Source: Amoebidium appalachense (taxonomy: Eukaryota; Protista; Ichthyosporea). Taken from it: a stretch of 64,000 bases of DNA. Shown piece after piece: positions 39,202 through 63,977 of this stretch. The position numbers and the translations under genes are program-made. Where the stretch lies: assembly GCA_963693365.1 (NCBI GenBank), contig CAVNZM010000002.1, positions 11,588,328-11,652,327 on the forward strand, in the 5' to 3' direction. Under the pieces are notes generated by a model. The model saw only the letters and a program-made list of their open reading frames with translations. It ran no database searches and was not told where the DNA came from. Position 1 is the first letter of the stretch; every line of letters begins with the position of its first letter.

Positions 39202-39261
39202 CTGTGTGCAATCTGTTTTAAGTAAAGTTTTAATTTTTGGGGGGCGGGGGAGGGAGGGAAG

Positions 39262-39299
<38 letters not shown>

Positions 39300-39406
39300 G
39301 GGGGGAAGAGTGCGTGCGTGCGTGTGTACGTGTGTGTGTGTGTGTGTGTACGTACGTATACCAAACGCGTGTGGGTGTAAACGTATGTGACGCTGTGTCT
39401 ACACGC

Positions 39407-39509
<103 letters not shown>

Positions 39510-40627
39510 CGTGCGCGTGTGTGTGTTTGTGTGTGTATTTTAGTACACGTGTGTGTACATGATGCCGGTACGTACGCATGAGTATGATATGTGAAAATTT
39601 TCATTATTATTTGATAAACACACAATGTCCAATCAACATACATTAGCCAAATATAGAAATTTGGGCGGGAGGTTTTAGGGCGCAAAAAAAAGGCTTTTAT
39701 AAAGCCAAAAAAAAAAAAAAAGCAGGAATACGCATGTGATCATACTGATCACTGGTTGCAAATTTGCGGTTCCGGTGTACATGCCATCTCTACATGTACA
39801 TCTTTGTGAACGCCTGTGTGTGTGTGTGTGTGTGTGTGTACATATGTGTGTGCGCGCCCGTGTCTGTTACAGTACACGTGTGTGCTGCACATGACACTGT
39901 GTGTTTGTGCAAGTACACGTGCGTGCCCCCTATGTGCACTGTACGTGTCCGAGGATACGTGTGTGTATGTGACGGTACGTGTGTGCGTGCGTATGTGTGT
40001 GTGTGCCATTTGATGGCATCACTATAACATACATGCCACATGCAATTCATAGAGACATGTACAATGGCTCATTGGGAATAGGGCGATCATAAGCAAACGG
40101 TCCATATTTTACAACATGTATATACACGAAATAAATGGTGGCACTGCTGGTGCATGCCTTCAGCAGGGGCATAAGTATTTATGATAACAATCGGCTCATG
40201 ATGCATGCCCTGGTATGATACTGGCAGTGGCCCGAATCGGAAAATACCGTAAGGGTTTTTCGTTAATTTGTGCCTCCAACTTATTGGGATCAAATCTACA
40301 TGCATATACGCATTCAACTGAAACTTGCGTGACTTGAAGCACTGAACAACCTCTTTTCGGCACCTTTCATCATCAAAGGAAAAGAAAAGAAAAAGAAATG
40401 GTTCGACCATGTGGTTATTGACAGCTTTTCAAACCGTTGAATTCATTTCCGGGGGCATGTGTGCTACATAAGCCTTGTGTTTGTGCACACATACGTGCTT
40501 TTCCTGGTGTGGCATTTTGGGTGTTTTGAGTACGTGCACACGTCACGGTGTATGTTTGTGTGCCTGTGCAAGCGTGCCTAGCCGGCCGTGTGTGCGCATG
40601 TACCCATGTATGTGTGTGCGTGTGTTG

Positions 40628-40791
<164 letters not shown>

Positions 40792-40825
40792 CTGTGTGTG
40801 TGTGTGTATGTGTGCGAGCCATATC

Positions 40826-51264
<10,439 letters not shown>

Positions 51265-51700
51265 TTTTAACAAAAAAAAAAAAAATAATAATAAAACTTG
51301 CCTTAACAGCTTTTCGCTTTAAGCTACTAGTATGGATATGCCTGTTAGAGTTGTTTTCTTGTATCAGGATGGTGATTTTTGCTCCATCAGTTTGGAGGTG
51401 AAGCTTGCCTGAACAATACATGTACATGTGCTTGTTCAAGTAGAGCTCATGCAGCATGCACGGCGCCCAGCTGGGCTTACGTGATACCAGTGCTCGATTG
51501 TTTTATCCCAGATATAAACATTTGCTTCATGATTTATAAACACCTAAAATAAGTAAAATAAGACTTTAAATATTTAGCGTCAAATTAAGGTCATTTTAAA
51601 GCTTTATAAACAGTGCGGCAGAGGAATGCTGTTGCCGGTCAGCAGTTGGAATTTTGCCGGCCGGCATGCGTGTGAGTGGCTCTGACCCACTCACGCCCAC

Positions 51701-52093
51701 TGGACCTGTTCGAACGGGCCAGGCCTGGCTGGGTCCAGATGCATAATTGCCCGAATGGGACCGGCAACCGGCCGGCGGCAGGCTGAATGGGTGAGCCACG
51801 TCCAGTTCCGGTACTGAGCAGCTGGCGGCACGGTCAGGAATGGTTTTAGGTTTATAGAATCATTATTTTGGATAATCGACTATCGATCGACCAATCATCT
51901 GTAACAAGACCGCATTCCTGCGATGGGACGACAGGCTGAAAACCGATGCATCGTTTTCCAGCCTGTCGTCCAGGTTCCGGACATTGGAATGCGGAATCTG
52001 GACGTCCAGACAGATCGTTGGTCTGATACGAGGAGTTTGGCCGCTTTCCATCACGCGCTACCATACCAGGACCTGGCCGTTCGAACAGGTCCA
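51701..52093. mobile_element. ~390-bp segment bounded by ~28-bp inverted repeats (candidate MITE) in a divergent promoter region
   Basis: TGGACCTGTTCGAACGGGCCAGGCCTGG (51701-51728) versus CCAGGACCTGGCCGTTCGAACAGGTCCA (52066-52093). No clear TSD. Confidence 0.55.
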
Positions 52094-52217
52094 CTCAGCT
52101 GAGTTGGTGTGTGAAAAGGAAGAAGAGGAGTGAGGAAAAAGGCTTTTTTTTTTTTTCTGTGTGTTAAACTTATTTGTAACGCTGTCTCCGCTCTTCGGTG
52201 GCTGAATAATTGCGAAG

Positions 52218-52840
52218 ATGACGGCAGGGGAGGTTAGTGTCTTTCCCCCCCCCCCCTCCCCCCACAACACGCACACACACACTCACACACACACGGTCAG
52301 ACACCCTTCCTGAGTGCCCCATAGCCTAGAGTACCAACCACTACCAGCCCACCACCGCCACCACCACCGCCCAACCATACGTCAACAACATCAAAATCCT
52401 TTACCTCCAACACATACAAACCCCCGCAAAAATACAAACACACATACATGCACAGGCATTACACACACACACACAAGCCTGCAACTTGACACACCATCTT
52501 CCCCTCCTAACCCCCCCCCCCCCCCCCCCCCCCTCACACACACACACACACTCACCTACACACACACAAACACATCCCACTTCCAAATCCCAACCCCTTT
52601 TTTCTTTCTGGAAGGGAATGAGCGATGGAGGAGGACTTTGTGGCTCCGAGGTCACACGATTCAGTTGTGGGGGGCAGTGGTGTCTTTCACTTCCCCTCCT
52701 CCCCTCCTTTTTTTGTATGTTTCTGTGTATAACAGGTAGCAGCATCGGGCAACAACAAATCATCTCCCGAAAGTCGTGCTTTACTCAGATTCTCTCGTTG
52801 TTCTGCACGAATCTTACCGACTCCCTCTTGTCCCGTCACC

Positions 52841-52871
<31 letters not shown>

Positions 52872-53825
52872 GTCCCCCCTGTATTTCTCCTTATAATGAC
52901 TACTGTTTATGGGAGCTTCTAAACTTCCGTATCGTGTTTTGTTTCGTGAATGTGTCTTCTGCACTCTGTAACACAATCATAAAGTCTTCCCCCCGGTCCC
53001 TCGATTCCTTCAGCTCATCCTCCTCTCCTCTAATTTTTGTTTATTTATACCCTCCTTCGTTTCACCTGTCCCTCTTCAATCAGCCACTTATCCCCCCCCC
53101 CCCCCCCCCCCCCCCACTCACCCACCCACTCACCCACCCACCCACCCCTCCTTCCCCCCACCCCCCCACCACCCCCTACCTGTCCCCGACCCCTCAACCT
53201 TCCTTTGCCGCCCCTACACACACAGGCACACACTACTAAGCACGGCTTTGTGCCCCCCCACCCCCCACCCCCTCTCCCTTACCCCTTGGCAGCTCTCCAT
53301 CGTACTTCCCCCCACTCTCTCCTCACCCTGTTTTACCCCCCCCCCCCCCCCCCCCCCCCGGCTTACTCACCCACCCATTCTCGCTTTAACCCGCTCATGC
53401 TTCCCCCCCCCCCCCCTTCCCCCCTCCGATCGTCGGCCATGCAGTTTCAAGCCCCATTTCCACCCGTCAACACCCCAAGATTACTCTTCCTATCTCCCTT
53501 CCCATGTGTCAACGAAACCGTGGATTTCCCTGAGCCTTTTCCTCCTGTCTCTCGCAAACTTGCTCCCTACTATCTTCTTGTCGGCAGCCCCCCCCCCCCC
53601 CCCCCCCCCCCCTGCCCCTCCCCCCCCTCCCCCCCTCCCCCCCCCCCCCCCCCCCCCCCCCTTCCCCCCGGACAATGGGTTCTGGTTCTCCTTATCATGC
53701 ATAATCCTCTTATGTACCTTGCCGCATTTTGTATTTTGGTGGCCATCATGAATGTGTGCTTCGTACTCTGGAAATCTCCCCCCCTCCCCCCTCCCTACCT
53801 CCCCTCCCCGCCCCCCCACCCCCCC

Positions 53826-53873
<48 letters not shown>

Positions 53874-54107
53874 TTCGCCGCCCCGCCCCACCACCACCAC
53901 CACCACCACCTGCGCACACACCCAGACACCTCCCCCCAGCCACACACACACACACCCACTTACTCTTATCGCATTCACCTCTCTGTCTCTCTATCTCCCA
54001 CTGTTTGACCTCCCCCCCCACCCCCCCCCCCCCATGTCCGGCACCGTGCTTGTCACTGTGGAGCTTTACTGTATACGGTGATCTGCATTCTAACCGCCCC
54101 CCCCCCC

Positions 54108-54138
<31 letters not shown>

Positions 54139-54305
54139 ATACACACGCAACCATACATTGACAATGAAACATGTCAAACCCTCCCCCCACCCTCCTCCAC
54201 ATAAAGCCTCTCACCCATCCTCTCCCCCCCCCCCCCCCCCCCCCCCCAATCCTACCAATCCACACACACACACCCACCCACCCACACACACACCCACACA
54301 CACAA

Positions 54306-54359
<54 letters not shown>

Positions 54360-54684
54360 ATACACACACCTACGCACGTACACAAACACCCACATACGCA
54401 CGTACAGGCATCCGTCGACCAGTCCACCATTGAGAAGGTGGCGCACCTTAACCTGTTTCATCAGACGATGGCCAACATTAAGGGGACACTCAATCGGGAT
54501 TTTGCCGTCGCTGCTGCCCTCTGGGTGCTAATTCTGATCACTCTTGCTGTGGGCATGATTTTCAGTATGTTGGACCCCCCTTCTTTCCCCCCCTCCCCCC
54601 CCCCCCCTCCTCCTCCTCCCCTGCCCCCCTCCCCCCGTCTTCAGCCCACCACCTGGCTCTAACATTTATTTTTTTTTTTTGGGT

Positions 54685-54715
<31 letters not shown>

Positions 54716-55146
54716 CACTCCATCACGGCCATGCTGCATAGCAGTTTGTTTTTCTGGTCATTTACCCTTTTGCTCTGTACTCTGGGCCTCATCCTTACTG
54801 CCTCCCTCTCCCTTTACTCTCCTCCTCTCCGGCTCCCTTCAAATTCTTTACCCACACATATTTACAACCACTAGGAGTCTCCCTTCTCCTCACGTTCAAT
54901 TTTTTTTGCCGTGTATCCGCAATCGTGCTCTCGGCTCATGCTACGAGATTGCGTGTCCCCCCCCCCCCCCCCCCCCCCCCCTTGGTGCGCAAGAAAACCC
55001 TACTAGTAGTGTTGTCCGTCGTGAGTACATATGTTGTATTCTGTAAGACATTCCCCCCCCCCCCCCCCCCCCCCTCCCCCCCCTAAACACACACAGACAC
55101 ACACGGACATAAGCACTCACCACTGCCACCTTTACATAACACATGC

Positions 55147-55212
<66 letters not shown>

Positions 55213-55866
55213 ACAATACAGACCCGTCCCTCCTCCCCTCCCCCCCCCCCCCCCACACACACACACACACACACGCGCACACAAACACACATACACAAAC
55301 ACCAAAACACCCTTAAGTCGTCCAATGGTCATCGCCACCTGAAAAGTCGAAGGTGAAGGAAGAAACGAACGAGGAAGAGGAAAATGAAGAGGATGAAGCT
55401 TCCGAGGACGAGGGAAAGAGCAGCCGCAGGAGCATGTCCCGGGCATCGTCTGTCGTGAGCCGCGAGAGCAGAGAGAGGTCCGAGACACCGGGTACGTTGA
55501 TTGGTGCATTATCATTCGTGTCAAAGCTTCATGATGTGACGTCATTGGGGCCATTTTGATGCAGTCGCAAAACATGATGGCATGGGTGGGTTATAATGCA
55601 TACGAAAGCTTAATGGTGTCATGTGATTAGTTTTTGCGCATGTTGGTGGGGTGTGATGGGGTGGTTTTTGCATCTCTCTTTGTTCGTTTTTTTCATTTCT
55701 GTTTTTGGAGAGCGCTTAGCCGGGCAGTGTGCTGCAAAAGTATTAGGAGGGTTAAAGGCAGAAGAGGACCCCCCCCCCCCCCCCCCCCCCCCCCCCTTCT
55801 CCTCCTCCCAAAGGTATACTCACGATTTGATTGAAACCAGGGAGTAGGAAAATGAAACAATCGTAA

Positions 55867-55910
<44 letters not shown>

Positions 55911-56053
55911 CCCTTCTCCTGTCGACAAGATATGGAAAACTTGTTGCTGATTTGTAATTGGTCCCGGCAGGCCACCTCGGCATCCGGCGCAGTGAGCGGC
56001 TGATCAAGAAGTCACGGTCCCGCACCCCATTCATTGCCCCCGCCGAAAACTAG
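52218..56053 (+). CDS. Hypothetical multi-pass membrane protein with acidic and Ser/Arg-rich C-terminal tail
   Basis: Well-defined exons 54408-54565 (…[22 protein letters not shown]), ~55348-55491 ([24 protein letters not shown]…) and 55971-56053 ([17 protein letters not shown]…TAG). Hydrophobic segments at ~53670-53775 and ~54715-54820 lack clean splice sites. The start (MTAGE|GT at 52218) is tentative. Confidence 0.5.
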
Positions 56054-56979
56054 AATTTCATAGCGGCTATCCCATGACTATCTCAGGGATGGCCAATTGA
56101 TGCTAATGATAATTCCACGGGCCTGTGGATTGGTTAAGTAATGCCTTGTGATGAAACCAGAGGTTGATCCGTGTGATAATATATAAAACAAATTTTAATT
56201 TGTGGTTTGCTGATCAAGGGTTGGTGTAGTTGAAGCTTTAGATGATCTTTAAGGTCCGGGGTAGGAAAGGTGTGGGACGTTGAGTCTTGTGGGGTTTCTC
56301 GGGTGAGTAGATGGCTGCCAATGAGTGCCTCCGGTGTTTTGCCATAAATGGAAGGTGAAGGGGAGGGGCCTTAAATGGAAGGTGGAACATACAACGAATA
56401 AAGAGATCCTTACACTCACCCGCTTGTGGTCAGCCTGTGTTTCTCAGCCCACTATGCCTTATTAACGGCTGATGGTTCAATACAGACTACATACCCTGTC
56501 AGACTACAGACTCCCGTGAAAATTTCAATCTAAGATAACGTCACACCGAACTACTTCCATTAAATTATTTCCTTATAAGGAAGTAATTAAGTGTGGCGTC
56601 ACATGCCAATACCTTTTTTAGCAGGCAGCGGCTAAATTTCGTTAGTCTGACAGCGTACATAGCCTGTTTTGAACCGACTGGTTTGGATTGCCTTCTCACA
56701 CACAAACACACTCGCTCTCCCTCCCTCCCTCTCTCCCTCCCTCCCTCCCTCTCTGTCTCTCTTTCCCCCTCTCTCTCTTTCCTTTTTTATAGCTCATCTC
56801 TTAAGTCTTGCAGGTGTGCAGGAGGGAGGGAAAGATCGATGGTGGTGGTGGGTGGTGGTGACGGTGCATGGTGGTTGGGTTTGGGTGTGGGTGTGTGTGT
56901 GTGTGCGCGCGCGCGTGCGCGCGCGTGTGTTTGTGTGTGTGTGTTTCTGCGTGTGTGTGGGGTGGGGTGGGGTGTATGT

Positions 56980-57010
<31 letters not shown>

Positions 57011-57457
57011 GGGGGGGGGATGAAAAGGTGCTATGTTTGTTTTTGGGTTTGGGAATCAAAATGCATTAACCGGGGGTTTTGTTTACTATTCCAATAGCCC
57101 ACAATCACGGCCACAACTTTTTACACACGACAACCCTAGAGGGGCAGCTTGTCTTAGATAGGTGATCCTCTGAGTCAGTCAAACTGATAGCACTACCGTA
57201 TGCTAGGCTCTCAACCTCATCCATTTCCCGGTCAGTCCAGGCCGCCCCTTGTCATCACGATCGGTGTTGCAAAAAAATGATATATTTACATGTGGAAACC
57301 GGAACTAAGAGCAGCCCGAACTTGTTGACAACTTCTATTGTTAGTCTATCAATTTGAATCACATATTGACGATGTTGGTGAACTTAAAATTTGACCACGT
57401 GGACTCTTTTTTGCCGAATTTTCCTGCGATTCTAGGCTTGGGCCGGGGAAGTCATAA

Positions 57458-57489
<32 letters not shown>

Positions 57490-57777
57490 CACCACCCGAC
57501 CGACTCCCTGCATGCTGCTGCTTTGCTGTCCCGTTGCCTAACGACAGAAAGTAACGGGTGGGTCCATTTTATATTTTTGACTCCGCTTCGGGGCTATGCA
57601 GCCAAAGCGGTTTAGGAAGATGGGGGAGAAGGGGGTCGGTGGGGGGCGGATCGGGGGAGGCCCGCAAACCGCTGGTGCCGTACACGGTGAAGAAAGAGGA
57701 GGGGGAAAGCAGCCCATCAACTCACCTGCCTGACAGAAAACACCAGGTCCAGAGACTGTAGTAATAACTACAAACTG

Positions 57778-57935
57778 TTAGGCTGACATAATCTGGTTCT
57801 CCTTCTTCTTCCCAGCACCGATAGACTTGAAAAAGGTGTAGGTGGGGTTGAGAATTTTCTGAAAATATCCGAAGTTTTCGAAGTGAAGCAGAAGGTACTG
57901 AACGTGTTTGAGCATGTCACACCTGAGTAGACAGC
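57778..57935 (-). other. Candidate isolated terminal coding exon (…CLLRCDMLKHVQYLLLHFENFGYFQKILNPTYTFFKSIGAGKKKENQIMSA*)
   Basis: Preceded by a CTCCTCAG acceptor, with complex protein-like composition. No family recognised and upstream exons not resolved. Confidence 0.3.
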
Positions 57936-57994
57936 CTGAGGAGAAAATATTTTATTCTCTTTTGGCAAAATTCTATCCTTTATTTTTTTTTTTT

Positions 57995-58042
<48 letters not shown>

Positions 58043-58180
58043 GCGAACGTAGGATGTATGAAAAACAATGCATGATAACCCCCACACACGGTCCACTTAC
58101 CCACCCGTGCGGGGATTTTGTTTTACTTAGTGTGAGTATTTTTGTATTTTTTGGTTTTAATGTTTTTCTTTTTTTTTTTT

Positions 58181-58211
<31 letters not shown>

Positions 58212-58436
58212 GGGGGGAGGGGGGATCCGAAATGTCATGAAACGCCGAAGTTTAATATATATATATAGCTTTTATGAAATGTTTTTATGAGGCTTGAACT
58301 AGGCCTAACGCCTTTGAAAAGTCAATCCAAGAAATCAATCCAGGATCCAACCAAACCAAGAACAACGGCAAACTGCTTCCACCACACCCAACCACAACCA
58401 ATAATCATAGCAGGTATTCCCCCTGGTTGTTGTTGT

Positions 58437-58485
<49 letters not shown>

Positions 58486-59270
58486 AACCATCAGGAAGAC
58501 TGACTGTCTGTGTTTAGTTGCGGAGAAGTGCTGCAATGTGTCTTGTGTGTGCGCGTGTACATCGGCATGTGTATACCAAAACGGTGGAAATGAGAGGTTG
58601 GCGCGGGGGCGGGGGGGAGGGGGGCGGGGGGGAGGTGGTGGAAGGGGGGAGGGGGGGGGGGGGGAGGGGGGGACAGATAGGGGCGGGGGAGGGGGTGGGA
58701 GGGGGGGGGGAGGGGGGGGGGGGGGGGAGAAAACGTTTTTATTAATGCCTAACAACTTCAGCGTGCTGGTCCAGGCCACATGCCCTGCGCATGCATATTA
58801 GTCCGATGGGCCGTAACTAGAGAGGATCACTAGGGGAGTTTGGTAGTATTCGAATGTGAACATGTGAAGACAACATGCCTAATGGGAGGCTGCGCTGTAC
58901 ACATGTCTCGAGGTTGACTCATCCAGGTGTGCAGATGGAAGAACATGGGGGAGAGTGTTCTTGAAAGCACTATCTTAAAAATTAAAAAAAAAATTAAAAA
59001 GTAGTAGTGGTGGTGGTGCATGTCTGATGCTGCTCGTTCATCCACTAGTGCACAGGAGGGCAGGGATAGTATCACCATTGATATTGAAGTGTAGTATTAG
59101 ATTTGTTTGTTTATTCATGTAAATAATGTTGTTATTCCGATTACATTTTCTTCCTCGTGTAAGTGTAAGCGTGTGTGGTGTTAGCGTTCAATGGTGTCAC
59201 TCAGGCCATGCCATTGTGGGGAAACGGGAGAGAGGTGGATAAGCCTTAGGTGGGGTGGGGTGGGTAGGAA

Positions 59271-59308
<38 letters not shown>

Positions 59309-59668
59309 GGGGGGGGATCATGAAATTGACTGCGTCTCGTCGGGCTGAGGATGTAGTTATGGTGAAGAAAGTCTCATTCACTGGGGCAAAGTAGGGCAGG
59401 GGTTGTATTGAGGGGATGTTTCCGGGCGGGGGGGAGGGAGGGAGGGGGGGAGGGGGGGGGGGGGGGGGGGAGGGGGGGGGGGGATATGCACAATATAAGC
59501 TTATTCAGACTGTACTCGTTGAAAAGAATCGAGAATACTCTATTTTTCGAATTTCTGCTTGCTATCCAACCCAACGAATCAACAGCAACACCATTTCCAC
59601 CTGGTCTTGACCCACAATCACAGGAAATGACTAGTCGCCGAAATATTATCAAAGTATGAATGCAGCCG

Positions 59669-59713
<45 letters not shown>

Positions 59714-60317
59714 GGGTGATCATAGTGACTGCACATACAATTCGAATCATCGGACACGCTGAATGTCTAGCCGTCCTTAATACCTAGTTCTCGCACTACA
59801 AAACAACCAGGTATTATAGTAGTTTTCGTATGTAGTCCCCTACAAACCGCCCAATAGCATACACTTGTGATGTCTCGAAAAACAAATGCACCAGCTTGAA
59901 AATTAACCAGAAGAAACGTGTGCACAGCTCTTTTTTTTTTATAGAAAAAGGAAGAAAGGAAGAAAACGGGGAGCACAGGCAAATGAAATGTAGTACTAGG
60001 CCATGTGAGTAGTGAGTGGTTGTTGTTGCGTACACAAGAGAAATAATTCGGTAATCCCTGCTTCGTAATTTCTTTCGGTTTCAAACGTGTCACTGATGTG
60101 TGTGTAGAGCACGGCTGTTTTTTATTTCTTTTTCTTCTTTCGCGTTTAAGTGTAAGCGCGTGCACAATCGCGCGCACGCGCTTGTGTGTGTTTGGATTTT
60201 TAAAGGCATCCGTAAAACACAGATTGACTTATTATACCGAATCTGAGGGGGGGGGGGGGGGGGGGGGGGGGGGAGGGGGGGGGGGGAGGATTGATAATGT
60301 GGCGCCTATTTTTCGTT

Positions 60318-60421
60318 CTTCTTTATTTTATCCCGTTTTGTTCCCTGGGGAGCCCTTAGTAATCCCCTTATGGGAACTACCGTCTTCCACTAGGCACCGA
60401 CTGTACCCTAGCTAGGGTGCA
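60318..60421 (-). mobile_element. Dispersed repeat copy 2 (see 35760-35856)
   Basis: TTTATTTTATCCCGTTTTGTTCCC…GAACTACCGTCTTCCACTAGGCACCGACTGTACCCTAGCTAGGGTGC. Confidence 0.55.
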
Positions 60422-60905
60422 TTCAGCTATGGGAAAAACCCCCTGGGCTAAGTGTGGCTACTAGTGGGGAGCACCAGGCATTTCATCCAATCAAAACCTA
60501 CTAATAAAATTCTAAAACCGTACTTTCATTGGTTAAGCCGCGATGCGGAACTTTTGTGGTGGGTGAATGTGACCACCGTGCTTTCCAGAAACGTGGTAGT
60601 GCGTACGGTGGGTTTGGGTGGGTTTGGGGGATGGTAGCGGTGCTGTGCTAGCGCCTAGGAGTATGTTTTTGTGGACGAACCTATTTGCTACGGTCTTGCA
60701 TGCTTTTAACAGGGGTTTAGATGGTTGGGTGGGTTTGTGCGTGTGCCGGCACGGTTGGCTGATTCACTGGGGCACAGGAGGGAACGGGTTCGATTGGGGA
60801 AACTCTTCGAGGTGCTGGGGCGCTGGGGGGGGGGGGGGGGGGGGGGGAAGAGGGGGAGGAGGATGAGAGGAGGGGGGAGGGCAGGGGGGAGGGGAGGGGG
60901 GGGAA

Positions 60906-60936
<31 letters not shown>

Positions 60937-61995
60937 ATCCGTATGCACATGCTTATTTGTTCTTCTTGTGACAGAAAAGAATTGAGAATAAGCTATTATC
61001 AGATCGCCTGCTTGCTATCCGGATCCAACCCAACGAATCAACAACAAACCCATTTTCACCCGTTCTTGTCCCACAATCAAAGGATGTAACTTCTACACTA
61101 GAGCACACCCAGTTGGAACTAAGGATAGTTGGGTGACTAACCATTTGCTGCACTTCTGCATTGCAAGCAATTTCTTTCCGGGGTGTCTGGTCAGGCGCCG
61201 GCCACCTAATGGTTCAAATGGTCACCCACTAGTTGCTGCTGAAATTAAACCCATCTGGTGCGCATAGTAGGGCCTCTCAAATTTTAGATGGGTGGGTTGG
61301 CAGTACATAGGGTGTTAGTCTAAGACCAGAGCATACATGTCGCCGAAATATTTTATAAATACTATGCATGCGGAACAGGTCGACCATATAGCTATATACT
61401 TACCGTACTAGTTGCACCGTAGTACATTGCCATACTGAATGTCTAATAATTCCTTAAATCTAGTTATGAGTACTATAAATTAGCCAGAACTTACATAGTC
61501 TACCGTACAGAAGCCTAATTAATAATAACACAAACATTACGGTCTCGGCAACTTGAAAACAATTGCACCAACTTGGAAGTATTAATCAGAAGAATCGTGC
61601 ACATGGCTCTCTTCTGAAGGGGAAAAAAAAACGAGGAACAAAGAAAGAAAACGAAAACCGAGTGCGAATGTGATGCAGCTCTATGCCCCGTGTGCAAGGT
61701 GTACACAGCGGCAAAATAGCTCGGTAATTCCTGAATATCCCTTCTTCATACTTTCTTTCCATTTCTATGTGATGTGTGTGTAGAGCACGGCTGTTCCGAA
61801 CTAGGCTACTTCAGGTTTTGTATGCTTAATCCCACTCTCCGTTTTCAAGTAGTTTCAATTATACCCCCCTCCCCTGGTGTATTTGAGATTGGATTCTGTT
61901 TTTCCTTATCTTCCTTTTTCCTTTTTTTTCCCTTGTCCTCCCCCCCCCCTCCCCCCACCTTACCCCCGCCCGCCCCTCCTTCACCATCCCCCCCC

Positions 61996-62031
<36 letters not shown>

Positions 62032-62100
62032 TCTTTGCCGGCCACTTAGGCCCTCCCCACACACACCCACGGCACACCTGCCGTTCCCTGTGTCCCCCCC

Positions 62101-62134
<34 letters not shown>

Positions 62135-62514
62135 CCCTCCTCCAAAACACCCACACACACACCCACACGGGGGAATATCTCCAAACTCAATGAGCAACTC
62201 TTGGGATGATGTGTGTATGTCATATCAAAATGGGCCCCGATCCTCAGCCACCCCGACCTGACCCACAATCACAGTGCTTTACGTCTGCACCTGAGTACCC
62301 CTGGTTGTACTTTCGATATAAGTGGGTGACCACTCATATAATGTGCTGCTATTTGGAAAACAGTAGCAATATAGTGCTTCATTTCCGTGCATGAACAATG
62401 GTCACCCATTATTGTTGCTGAAATACACATCTACCATCCCAAACTTTCTGTGGGGTGCCTGCTACCAGCTTCACCCTTATTTCATCATCCCCGCACCTCC
62501 CGCCTTTTTTCCCT

Positions 62515-62557
<43 letters not shown>

Positions 62558-62626
62558 ACCATGGGGCTTTTCGGGAAGAAAACTCTATCACACGCGGACT
62601 ACCCCACCCCACCCACCCCCTCCTCC

Positions 62627-62717
<91 letters not shown>

Positions 62718-62733
62718 CTCCCCCCCCCCCCCC

Positions 62734-62772
<39 letters not shown>

Positions 62773-62803
62773 CCCTCCCCTCCCCCCCCCCCCCCCCCCC
62801 CCC

Positions 62804-62834
<31 letters not shown>

Positions 62835-62855
62835 CCCTCCCTCCCCCCCCTCCCC

Positions 62856-62902
<47 letters not shown>

Positions 62903-63890
62903 GGGCAAAAAAAAGAAAAGAAACAAAATGTCCATTTCTTTTTCCGCATGATCATCGAAAGGCGGCCAACCTCAGACCAAAAGGCGGCAAGAACATGCTC
63001 CGTGGCAAGAGGGGTAGCGATCATTTGTACTGATATATATATATATAGTATATGCATCAGTAGTCGGTGATGGTGGATGTTTGATGCTGAATCTAGTTCA
63101 GTACTCATAGAAGGGAAGGGGTTTTACTACACGGTCAGTTTTTTTGTTTGATTTAGTTTGTTGTCATCTTTTGATAATATTTGCTTGTTGGATTCAGAGA
63201 GGGTTTGCCAATGGTCCCATACATCATCTCATCAGTATATACATGTCACCATATCCCCACCCATATGGGTCCCCTGCCCCGATCTGTCCCACAATCACAG
63301 GGCGCTGTTGTACTTGGACGTATATACATACCCGGGTTGAACTTGATAGTGTTTGGCACCCATTCTGGCATCTGTCAGATGCATGTCAGCAGTCGTGCAC
63401 GGTGCGGGGATTATGGATATTCTTGCCCACGTGCAGTTTTCAGGCTGTCATGCTCAGTAGGCTTCACATTTCAAATTGAAGCAAACACTCGGGTCGCGCA
63501 TTTGTTTATGCTGAAAACCCATAACCACCCGTGCACCTCAACCAGTATTCGGATAATGTAAGTAGACTAGGCTGTGAGCACAATTTGTTGCTTTGTACAC
63601 ACACCAACACTATTTTTTTTGTTAGAGAGACCTAGATAGCATAGTACTGGCATATGCAACCGATGCTTGCAGCTGGAAATTATAATGCATGTGGCCGCGG
63701 CACTGCAGCTTCGAAGTGCCCCCGCACTTTCTTTCTTTCTTTCTTTTTTTTTTATTGGGGGGGGAAGGGGGGCGGTGTGGAGGGGAAGGGGGGGGGGGAA
63801 GGGGGGGAGCCTCGGAGAGCAAGAGAGAGGGCCCAGGGGGGGAGGGGAAGGGAGCGAGAAGTGAACGAGAGCCTCCGAGAGAGGGGGGGC

Positions 63891-63927
<37 letters not shown>

Positions 63928-63943
63928 GAGAGAGAGAGAGGGG

Positions 63944-63977
<34 letters not shown>

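Larger units (their letters stand above)
57090..63400 (-). repeat. Array of ~6 degenerate units, spacing 1.0-1.5 kb, conserved core CCCACAATCAC (+ strand)
   Basis: Core at 57098, ~58398 (degenerate), 59611, 61070, 62262 and 63288. Extended similarity between 59520-60120 and 60970-61797, and between 61220-61256 and 62395-62432. Confidence 0.7.

Noticed and set aside
39727-39790. Possible extra kinase exon (…RKFATSD|GT) upstream of 39201
   Set aside because: The phase fits but similarity to the kinase alphaE helix is too weak.
59600-59625. VIVGQD reading resembling the uracil-DNA glycosylase motif VILGQDPY
   Set aside because: No PY follows, there is an immediate stop, and no other UDG motifs are present.
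57090-63400. CRISPR-like interpretation of the spaced motif array
   Set aside because: Spacing is over 1 kb, spacers are partly homologous, the context is eukaryotic and there are no cas genes.
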